A stretch of DNA of 37,618 bases, taken from Octopus bimaculoides. Its lineage: Eukaryota. Positions 32,401 through 37,618 of the stretch are shown here, piece after piece; the stretch's first letter is position 1; every line of letters begins with the position of its first letter. The notes beneath the pieces were generated by a model. That model saw only the letters and a program-made list of their open reading frames with translations. It did not search any database and was not told the origin of the DNA. The position numbers were made by a program, and so were the translations under genes. The stretch spans positions 26,566,847 to 26,604,464 of the forward strand of contig NC_069005.1 in the NCBI RefSeq assembly GCF_001194135.2. The letters run 5' to 3'.

Positions 32401-35148
32401 TCTAAATACTAAAGACTTAAAAATCTCAGGAAATAATTGAGAAAACAAATTAAAATATAAATGATGAAGTAGACATTATTATAATCAGAAATTTGAGAAA
32501 GAAATGAACAACAGATTCCACTTGTAAGATTTGAACCCAGTATCTGTCTGCTTTTTCATTTCTGTCTCAAATCCATGCTTACATGAAAAAAAGAGTCTTA
32601 CTAATATGAATTCATAGATGAGGACAGCTGTGTAAAAAAACAAGTGTCGATCTCTAACTGAAGAGGGAACTTGTGGAAGAGATGGGACGAGATGGTGAAA
32701 CATGATCTTCAAATGTTGGGCCTCATGGAGGCAATGGCAAGTGACTGAGACCTTTGGCGATATATGCTGTGCTTGAGAAGACCTGTCAAGCCAAGTGAAA
32801 TCATAGTCATGGCCAATGCCGGTGTCACATAACAGGCACCTGTGTCAAGCATGTTAAAAGCATCCATTATACTCTTGGAATGGTTGGCATTAGGAAGGGC
32901 ATCCAGCTGTAGAAATCATGCCAAATCAGACTGGAAGCTGGTGTAGTTCCCCAGCTTACCAGTTTCACTCAAACCATCCAACCCATGCCAGCTTGGAAAG
33001 TAGATGATGATGAAGAATGAAAAAAACAGAATTAATTCAAAAATAAAACACTTGTATTTTAATAGAAACAAAATACTGAATATGTTGTTGACATCATAAG
33101 AATTTATAAACTTTGAGAGAACATGGAAGAATTCCTTGTGGGTGAAGTGGGGTGGGGAAATAGTGAATCTCAAAACAGATACAATTTTAAATACTGGGTT
33201 AAAAAAAAATCCTTGAATATAAAAATCAAAGGTTTTTTTTCTTAACCCAAATATTTACATGCTATTGTTTATAACATTGTCTGCTTTGAAATTCACTGTT
33301 TGCAAGAATAAAAAAAAAAACACTAAACAAAAGGAAGTGAATATTTTCTTCTTTGGTTTACCAAAATAAATTCCAATATTCACAGCAAGCTCTACCACCA
33401 CCGCCACTTTTGTTTTCGCTGCATTACTCATTCACTGCAGGTTATAAAGAAAACCAGGAATCGGTGTTAACCATTACAGCAAAGATAGAGTAACAATTTA
33501 CAGGCTGTAGGGACAAGCCTTCCACTGATGAAACGACAGACTAGTTTTAAAAAATACTGTAGAAACATCAACTGAAAATTAATGTCTGCCGTTTAACAGG
33601 AATATGTCTATTCAAAGCTACAGCAGCACAGACTGGCTTACTGAAATGTCTACAATGTCAAGTAATGGGAACATTACTGAAAAATGGTAAAATCTTGGCA
33701 AGTCACTAAAGAGGAATTTGGCTCAGTTCCCACACCTACAGCCATTAAACTGAAGAGGAGTGAATACCACTAAACTCTGTTGCAAACTCGTAACCTGCAT
33801 AGCCACAAACCAAAACAGATCCACTGTTAGCATTTCTATCCTGTGATGGCTAATAACTATCTATAATAATTCTTATTTCTTTACTGCCCACAAGGGGCTA
33901 CACACAGAGGAGACAAACAAGGACAGACAAACGTATTAAGTCGATTAGATCGACCCCAGTGCGTAACTGGTACTTATTTAATCGACCCTGAAATGATGAA
34001 AGGCAAAGCCAACCTCGGCTGAATTTGAACTCAGAACATAGCGGCAGACGAAATACCGCTAAGCATTTTGCCCGGCGTGCTAACGATTCTGCCAGCTCGC
34101 CGCCCTAAATATTATAATAACTATCTATAATAATTCTACCAAATAGGATCTACTTTCTCATCATCATTTTAATTTCTACTTTTCCATGCTTGCATGGATC
34201 AGATGGAATTTGTTGAGGCAAAATTTCTACAGCTGGATGCATTTCCTGTCGCAAACCCTTAACCTGCTTCCAAGTAAGTTAATATATCCCCTGTGAGCAG
34301 AGATGTTTGTACAGAAGAAAAGAAACTGTTTGCCTGTCATTTACAGCTATCACATAATGTCAAGGCAAGGACATTGTAAAATACACACACATGTATGCAC
34401 ACACACACACACACACACAAGAGACTTCTTTCAGTTTCCATCTATCAAATACACTCAGAACACTTCAGTCAATCCAGGTCTATGACTAAAGACACTTGCC
34501 AAAGTGGACATGAGGCTTTAGTTAGCCCAGGGCTATAGCCAAACCTTGTAGTATAGCCCAGGGCCAACCGAAGTCTCATTGCATGAAGATGAAATTTCTG
34601 TTGTGTGACCCCCAATTTTTGTTGTGTGTATGTATGTGTGTGTGTGTGTGTGTATGTGTGTGTATGCATGTATGCATGCATGTATAGACACAATGGGCTT
34701 CTTCCAGTTTCCAACTTCCAAATCCACTCACAATGCTTTGGTTGGCCTGAGGCTATAGTAGAAGACACTTGCCTATGGTGTCACACAGTGGGACTGAACC
34801 CAGAACCATGTGATTGGGAAGCAAACTTCTTACCACACAGTCACGCCTGCACCAGAGAATCCAAACAAGAATGTCTAATGATGGTTGCTCCTGAGAGGAC
34901 CCTTTAGAAGAGGTGCTTGAGGACAATGTCACAACAAACCCTCTCAGGAACAGTATGCGGAGGAGATGGATGGATGGGTTAGCTATTTAGAGTGTGACTG
35001 TGGCAGAGTGAGTTACCAGCTATACTTACAATTGAGACTTGCTTTGCTGTTTCGAGTTCTGTGTCGAGGGAGAGTTTGAGTTAGAGTTGCCACCATCATT
35101 ATTAGGAACATTGCTGCCGCCACCACTAGTTCCATAGTTCTCATTTTT
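7579..35148 (-). CDS. ACAP2: ACAP/centaurin-beta-like ArfGAP-ankyrin protein, 5'-partial spliced CDS: complement(join(7579..7658,11781..11827,14077..14126,14949..15009,15823..15932,17523..17758,25019..25138,30210..30424,31240..31404,31692..31817,35030..35148))
   Basis: Manual splicing gives one open frame with matching intron phases (2,2,2,1,1,0,2,0,2,1). It contains the ArfGAP zinc finger CCDC-x16-CIEC-x4-R, then [20 protein letters not shown], ankyrin repeats ([32 protein letters not shown]) and an ACAP-type C-terminus (RLARLNEEM...[25 protein letters not shown]). ACAP2 is the nearest vertebrate label; this is probably the co-ortholog of ACAP1/2/3. Confidence 0.95.
7755..7962. repeat. Degenerate (AG)n purine tract (pyrimidine tract in the ACAP pre-mRNA)
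   Basis: Almost only A/G for ~200 nt, ending ~100 nt upstream of the last acceptor. Confidence 0.9.
8275..8426. repeat. 65-bp inverted repeat with 22-nt spacer, abutting a gap
   Basis: 8275-8339 is the reverse complement of 8362-8426 with one mismatch. Confidence 0.9.
9345..9426 (-). ncRNA. Possible 3' half of a hammerhead motif (long stem II, CGAAAC-ATAT-GTC), truncated by an assembly gap
   Basis: A 17-bp hairpin (9382-9398/9407-9423) precedes CGAAACATATGTC on the minus strand. The CTGANGA box would fall in the N-gap, so it is not observed. Confidence 0.4.
10216..10358 (-). mobile_element. tRNA-head SINE family B, head module
   Basis: Minus strand TGGCTGTGTGGTAAG (box A-like) and GGTTCTGTGTTCAGTCC (box B-like). 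The same module occurs at 13503-13665, 34685-34850 and 37165-37256, and partially at 34413-34510. Confidence 0.85.
10804..10955 (+). mobile_element. Decayed mariner transposase N-terminus
   Basis: [15 protein letters not shown](frameshift)KGL...[24 protein letters not shown] resembles the mariner helix-turn-helix N-terminus (M..I.YR.VIKFL.KKG....T.G..AP...TV.KW...FK). Confidence 0.75.
11444..11674 (+). mobile_element. SINE family A, near full-length, the only plus-strand copy
   Basis: gcgagctggcagaaacgttagc...gagttcaaattcc...ccccttgtgggtagtaaagaaataa. Same tail subtype as 33874-34105. Confidence 0.92.
11781..11827 (-). CDS. ACAP2: ACAP penultimate exon ([15 protein letters not shown])
   Basis: tttcag|; two in-frame donors, T|gtgagt (11781) and G|gtatgt (11787). 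Confidence 0.9.
12385..12690 (-). mobile_element. SINE family B, composite (head, CA linker, tail), diverged
   Basis: Tail module (gactgcagtcatgctggagcac...tttttgccaaactgctaag) joined through (CA)n to the head module. Confidence 0.75.
12835..13665 (-). mobile_element. SINE family B split by insertions in its microsatellite linker (tail 12835-13030, head 13503-13665)
   Basis: Both modules match 12385-12690; the interval holds TA runs and a mariner-type MITE. Confidence 0.75.
13244..13493. mobile_element. Mariner-type MITE with ~90-bp imperfect TIRs, inserted in (TA)n
   Basis: Ends gggttggtgcataatcattgcag / ctgcaataattatgcaccaatcc resemble Hsmar1/MADE1-type TIRs. The inner minus strand reads [13 protein letters not shown], like a mariner C-terminus. 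Confidence 0.85.
13718..13881. mobile_element. Short MITE (Tc1/mariner-pogo-like ends)
   Basis: ~21-bp TIRs: tgccatattctaacatgtata / tatacatgttaaaatatggta. Confidence 0.65.
14077..14126 (-). CDS. ACAP2: ACAP exon: ankyrin repeat ([17 protein letters not shown])
   Basis: ttacag| ... CT|gtacgt; 50 nt; NADIVTL is conserved in ACAPs. Confidence 0.93.
14949..15009 (-). CDS. ACAP2: ACAP exon: ankyrin repeat ([21 protein letters not shown])
   Basis: ttgcag| ... AAG|gtgagt; 61 nt. Confidence 0.95.
15348..15554 (-). mobile_element. SINE family A copy
   Basis: Family A body and head, internally shortened. Confidence 0.85.
15823..15932 (-). CDS. ACAP2: ACAP exon: ankyrin repeat ([36 protein letters not shown])
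   Basis: tttcag| ... GG|gtaagt; 110 nt. Confidence 0.96.
15963..16158 (-). mobile_element. SINE family A copy, diverged, ~30 nt upstream of the 15932 acceptor
   Basis: ggtttcaaatcttggaacaagg ... gatttgaactcggaacgtaagg. Confidence 0.8.
16366..16645 (-). mobile_element. RTE-family 3' UTR/tail with (GAT)n end
   Basis: Matches the 3' UTR of the RTE end at 32600-33015 (ggaagggcatccagctgtagaaa...ccaacccatgc.agc.tggaaa). Other copies at 16963-17016(-), 24165-24340(+), 31990-32180(-), 34157-34260(-) and 37283-37475(-). Confidence 0.85.
16750..16922. mobile_element. piggyBac-type MITE with TTAA target duplication
   Basis: TTAA(16746-16749) ccctttaaggtcgg ... ccaaccttaaaggg TTAA(16923-16926); 13 of 14 TIR positions match. 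Confidence 0.85.
17180..17345 (+). mobile_element. CR1/L2-type LINE reverse transcriptase fragment
   Basis: TYFADGTK(frameshift)[36 protein letters not shown] corresponds to the (Y/F)ADD..LQxDL..I..W...N.M.FN..K region. Confidence 0.8.
17523..17758 (-). CDS. ACAP2: ACAP exon: acidic linker plus first ankyrin region ([19 protein letters not shown]...[47 protein letters not shown])
   Basis: ttacag| ... ACG|gtatgg; 236 nt; matches the ACAP pattern LxxAxxxxNLxxMxEALAHG..NW. Confidence 0.96.
18155..18870 (+). mobile_element. Decayed RTE LINE 3' half
   Basis: Remnants of [47 protein letters not shown]; many stops and frameshifts. Confidence 0.8.
19145..19415 (-). mobile_element. RTE LINE reverse transcriptase fragment
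   Basis: [24 protein letters not shown]...[19 protein letters not shown] (D.EKAFD and QGS.LSP.LF motifs). Confidence 0.92.
19428..19560 (+). mobile_element. Mariner transposase catalytic-domain fragment, internally deleted
   Basis: [26 protein letters not shown] corresponds to mariner HQDNARPH...W..LPHPPY. Confidence 0.75.
19876..19932. repeat. Perfect 26-bp inverted repeat with 5-nt loop
   Basis: tatctgtaaaaatatgtgacacttat-accga-ataagtgtcacatatttttacagata. Confidence 0.95.
20263..20324 (-). ncRNA. Type I hammerhead ribozyme motif (minimal, short stem III)
   Basis: Minus strand reads ATATAACAAAACTGT-CTGATGA-ACG GGAA CGT-GAAAC-TCAGA-GTA-ACAGTTTTTTGTTATAT. All conserved core nucleotides are present, and stems I, II and III can form. 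Predicted cleavage after GUA, between 20280 and 20279. Confidence 0.85.
21178..21566 (-). mobile_element. Full-length tRNA-head SINE family C with (CAA)n tail and 12-bp TSD
   Basis: gcacagaagtgt at 21166-21177 and 21567-21578; head GGAGGCGCAATGGCTCAGTGGTTAGG...GGTTTCGATTCC. Confidence 0.93.
22290..22545 (-). mobile_element. tRNA-head SINE family D, diverged
   Basis: Head tgaaggtgcgtggcttagtggtta; central gtgtccttgagcaagacacttt; 3' part shared with family C. Confidence 0.8.
22740..23460 (+). mobile_element. Decayed RTE LINE 3' half, colinear with 18155-18870
   Basis: Shared blocks such as actagaagtagttgatagc, gcatgcttccattggatatgca and gcaaaa.tgagtt.tggaa. Confidence 0.8.
24627..24830. repeat. 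Compound (TCTA/CCTA)n tetranucleotide microsatellite
   Basis: Directly visible. Confidence 0.9.
25019..25138 (-). CDS. ACAP2: ACAP exon: GAP-ANK linker ([40 protein letters not shown])
   Basis: ttccag| ... G|gtaagt; 120 nt, phase 1-1, no stops. Alternative in-frame acceptor at 25126. Confidence 0.8.
25385..26400. repeat. Minisatellite: 114-bp higher-order repeat of four 26-30-bp monomers, decaying distally
   Basis: Unit starts at 25500, 25614, 25726 (2-bp deletion), 25861 and 25975; monomer core ttagga(c)a....agagga. Confidence 0.95.
27172..27410. mobile_element. hAT-type MITE
   Basis: TIRs CAGTGGTTCTCAAC / GTTGAAAACCACTG; decayed 8-bp TSD (ccctaatg vs ctctgata, 5 of 8). Confidence 0.8.
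27940..28280 (+). mobile_element. SINE with family D head/centre and a different tail, nested in a family B tail (27860-27925 + 28290-28470)
   Basis: gaaggtgcatggctgaatggttagagc...gtgtccttgagcaaggca. Family B tail sequence resumes after it. Confidence 0.75.
29010..29465 (-). mobile_element. Two tandem SINE family A copies (old 29020-29195; 29201-29412) plus (AAT)n
   Basis: Family A body; AAT run at 29414-29462. Confidence 0.75.
30210..30424 (-). CDS. ACAP2: ACAP exon: end of ArfGAP domain plus linker ([22 protein letters not shown]...SDLMK)
   Basis: gtacag| ... G|gtatgt; 215 nt; REAWIRSKY matches the ArfGAP (R/K)ExxIRxKY motif. Missing from the ORF track. Confidence 0.94.
30849..31074 (-). 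mobile_element. Mariner-derived MITE keeping the last transposase codons; second copy at 36877-37096
   Basis: TIRs gggtgctgaaaag.tcctgg / ccaggaacttttcagca, TA flanks. The minus strand keeps an [13 protein letters not shown]-like mariner C-terminus. Confidence 0.88.
31240..31404 (-). CDS. ACAP2: ACAP exon: ArfGAP domain ([55 protein letters not shown])
   Basis: ttacag| ... AG|gtaagt; 165 nt; the catalytic Arg codon is split by the upstream intron. Confidence 0.96.
31692..31817 (-). CDS. ACAP2: ACAP exon: ArfGAP zinc finger ([41 protein letters not shown])
   Basis: CX2CX16CX2C motif; donor AG|gtaagt; acceptor ctcaag| after a long pyrimidine tract; 126 nt, phase 2-2. Confidence 0.93.
31937..32420. 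mobile_element. piggyBac-like MITE interrupted by an RTE tail (31990-32180)
   Basis: cctttagtattcag...tcacatt | tacattattttgaattaatc...aatactaaagacttaa. Confidence 0.65.
32600..33015 (+). mobile_element. RTE LINE 3' end: ORF C-terminus, 3' UTR and (GAT)n tail
   Basis: [46 protein letters not shown], followed by the shared UTR. Confidence 0.88.
33874..34105 (-). mobile_element. SINE family A, full-length, flanked by a 23-bp direct repeat
   Basis: taataactatctataataattct at 33851-33873 and 34115-34137. Confidence 0.93.
35030..35148 (-). CDS. ACAP2: ACAP exon: PH-to-GAP linker ([39 protein letters not shown])
   Basis: Acceptor ttgtctccacag, donor TT|gtaagt. 119 nt, open in phase 0, ends in phase 2, which matches the next exon. 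No sequence homology recognised; the support is splice sites and phase only. Confidence 0.75.
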
Positions 35149-36334
35149 CTGTGGAGACAAATGAACAAAAGAGAATACGAGTCAAAATAAGAAAATGATT
35201 AAAAAAAAAAAACAGAAAAGAAAAAAAAAAAATTCCTCTTCCATCATCATCGTTTTTAGTTTTAAATTCCCCAGAGAGAAATGAGCTGGTTTCCATGTGA
35301 AATATTCTGCAACAGTGTTTGTTAGTAAACAATGATGATGATGATGATGATGATGATGACGAAAGAGAGAACAAACCTAAAATACTAAGTTGTCAATTGA
35401 TAACACGAACTCTCCCACACAGCATGTCTTCCTGGGTTTTATAGTTAACTATGACACTATTTTTAAACAATAGTTATCAAAAACCCGTCAATGGTAGAGG
35501 AAANNNNNNNNNNNNNNNNNNNNNNNNNNNNNNNNNNNNNNNNNNNNNNNNNNNNNNNNNNNNNNNNNNNNNNNNNNNNNNNNNNNNNNNNNNNNNNNNN
35601 NNNNNNNNNNNNNNNNNNNNNNNNNNNNNNNNNNNNNNNNNNNNNNNNNNNNNNNNNNNNNNNNNNNNNNNNNNNNNNNNNNNNNNNNNNNNNNNNNNNN
35701 NNNNNNNNNNNNNNNNNNNNNNNNNNNNNNNNNNNNNNNNNNNNNNNNNNNNNNNNNNNNNNNNNNNNNNNNNNNNNNNNNNNNNNNNNNNNNNNNNNNN
35801 NNNNNNNNNNNNNNNNNNNNNNNNNNNNNNNNNNNNNNNNNNNNNNNNNNNNNNNNNNNNNNNNNNNNNNNNNNNNNNNNNNNNNNNNNNNNNNNNNNNN
35901 NNNNNNNNNNNNNNNNNNNNNNNNNNNNNNNNNNNNNNNNNNNNNNNNNNNNNNNNNNNNNNNNNNNNNNNNNNNNNNNNNNNNNNNNNNNNNNNNNNNN
36001 NNNNNNNNNNNNNNNNNNNNNNNNNNNNNNNNNNNNNNNNNNNNNNNNNNNNNNNNNNNNNNNNNNNNNNNNNNNNNNNNNNNNNNNNNNNNNNNNNNNN
36101 NNNNNNNNNNNNNNNNNNNNNNNNNNNNNNNNNNNNNNNNNNNNNNNNNNNNNNNNNNNNNNNNNNNNNNNNNNNNNNNNNNNNNNNNNNNNNNNNNNNN
36201 NNNNNNNNNNNNNNNNNNNNNNNNNNNNNNNNNNNNNNNNNNNNNNNNNNNNNNNNNNNNNNNNNNNNNNNNNNNNNNNNNNNNNNNNNNNNNNNNNNNN
36301 NNNNNNNNNNNNATATATATATATATATATATAG

Positions 36335-36485
36335 GTGTGTATGTGTCCTTACGACTTGACAACCAGTATAAGTACTAGAATTAAAAAGATAAGTACTAGT
36401 GTCAATTTGTCCAGCTAAAACTCTTCAGGGCAGTGCTCCAGTATGACCATAGTCCAATGACTAAAACAAGCAAAAGATAAAAGAC
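36335..36485 (+). mobile_element. SINE family B tail module
   Basis: cttgacaacc...ataagtactag...gtgctccagtatgaccatagtc.aatgactaaaacaag.aaaagataaaag. Confidence 0.7.
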
Positions 36486-36876
36486 ACATGATAAAAGACT
36501 GATGTACACATTCCATCCCTGCTTCTAAGCATCATCTTCTCTATTCCCACCCTTCCACTCTTATCTTCATCACGTTTGTTATACATTGATATGTAACATG
36601 TATCTACGCAGTGGTAACATCCCACTTCTCCTCATCCGCTGTGTCTGGCAGTCTCTGTTTAGCTCATCATTATCTTTCCCTGCCCTGCCGCCACCACCAC
36701 AACTACACACCACCCAACTTGTCACTCTGGTCACTGACTTTGAAACTGCCTCCTTTTCTTAAACTGACATGCACATGTACGCATGTATATATATGTGTGT
36801 GTGCGCGCGTGTGTGAATCTACTTTAACCCTTTTAACTCGTTAGCATTCAGATTGCTCTGTCGTATGTAATGCTTA

Positions 36877-37096
36877 CAAGGGGTTGCTGAAAAGTTCCTG
36901 GCTTTGGGTAAAAGAAAATACAGGAGGATCAGTTAATTATGATTCCATTGAACATATTCCCCTCTCAGATTCACACACTTAGTGCAATGGTGCTTCAATT
37001 TTTTCTAAGACCTGTAAAAGAACTCAGAAGGTTGGGCTGCCAATGAAGCCTTTCACAATACCCTTAAAAAGCCAGGAACTTTTCAGCATCTCCTTG
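36877..37096 (-). mobile_element. Mariner-derived MITE, inserted at TA after a piggyBac-like MITE fragment (36826-36875)
   Basis: Same TIRs and body as 30849-31074. Confidence 0.9.
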
Positions 37097-37482
37097 TGCA
37101 TGTGTGTGCGTTGTCCCACTCATGCCAGCATGGAAGGTGGATGTTAAATGATGATGATGATGATATGACAAGCTTCTTTCAGTTTCCATTGACCAAATCC
37201 ACTCACAAGACTTTGGTCAACCTGAGGCTATAGTAGAAGACACTTGCCCAAGGTGAAAAGTGTGTGTTTGTGTGTGTGTGTGGGGGGGGCGTGTATATGC
37301 CCTTCGTAATGCCAACCACTCTGAAAGTGTAATGGGTGTTTTTATGTGCCACCAGCACAGGTGCCATTTGCATGACACTCGTATCTGTCACGACTGCAAT
37401 TTTGCTCAACTTGATGGGTCTTCTCAAGCACAACATAATCCCAAAGGTCTCGGTCATGCCTCCATGAGGCCCAACACACACA

Positions 37483-37562
37483 CAAGAGGATGCTGAAGAG
37501 TTCCTGGCTTTAAGGGTATTTTCTTTTACCCAAAGCCAGGGACTTTTCAGTACTCCCTTCCA
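37483..37562 (+). mobile_element. ~80-bp deletion derivative of the mariner MITE (TIRs only)
   Basis: gctgaagagttcctggctttaaggg-ta-ttttcttttacccaaagccagggacttttcag. Confidence 0.8.
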
Positions 37563-37567
37563 AGTGT

Positions 37568-37618
<51 letters not shown>

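Larger units (their letters stand above)
1432..36312. other. Assembly gaps (N): 1432-1522, 2620-3295, 4987-5267, 6627-7090, 8427-8729, 9427-10056, 16006-16015, 19957-20200, 25808-25858, 35504-36312
   Basis: Directly visible; most gaps border homopolymers, (TA)n, hairpins or the minisatellite. Confidence 0.98.

Noticed and set aside
1322-36378. Long ORFs in the track that span N-runs or CA/TA/AG/AAT microsatellites (e.g. 2515-3327, 7118-7480, 7742-7993, 9180-10076, 35451-36359)
   Set aside because: They are open only because N or simple repeats lack stops; no protein-like content.

Overview
Eukaryotic, AT-rich, microsatellite-dense, gapped short-read scaffold. The repeat families look like those of octopus (coleoid cephalopod); this is recognition from memory, not a database result. 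The window holds the 3' part of one minus-strand gene, an ACAP/centaurin-beta (ArfGAP + ankyrin repeats). I traced 11 coding exons by hand from 35148 down to the stop at 7579-7581, all with AG/GT ends and consistent phases. The BAR and PH exons lie outside the window or in a gap. Most other sequence is intronic or 3' flanking and carries tRNA-head SINEs (some in head-to-tail arrays), RTE and CR1/L2 LINE fragments, mariner, hAT and piggyBac-type MITEs, microsatellites and a 114-bp higher-order minisatellite. The best candidate for something new is a complete type I hammerhead ribozyme motif (20263-20324, minus strand, sense to the ACAP pre-mRNA). A second, gap-truncated hammerhead-like half lies at 9345-9426, and two other long hairpins sit next to gaps. 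Almost all long ORFs in the supplied track are artefacts of N-runs or microsatellites. Repeat boundaries are approximate (about +/-10 nt unless a TSD is given).
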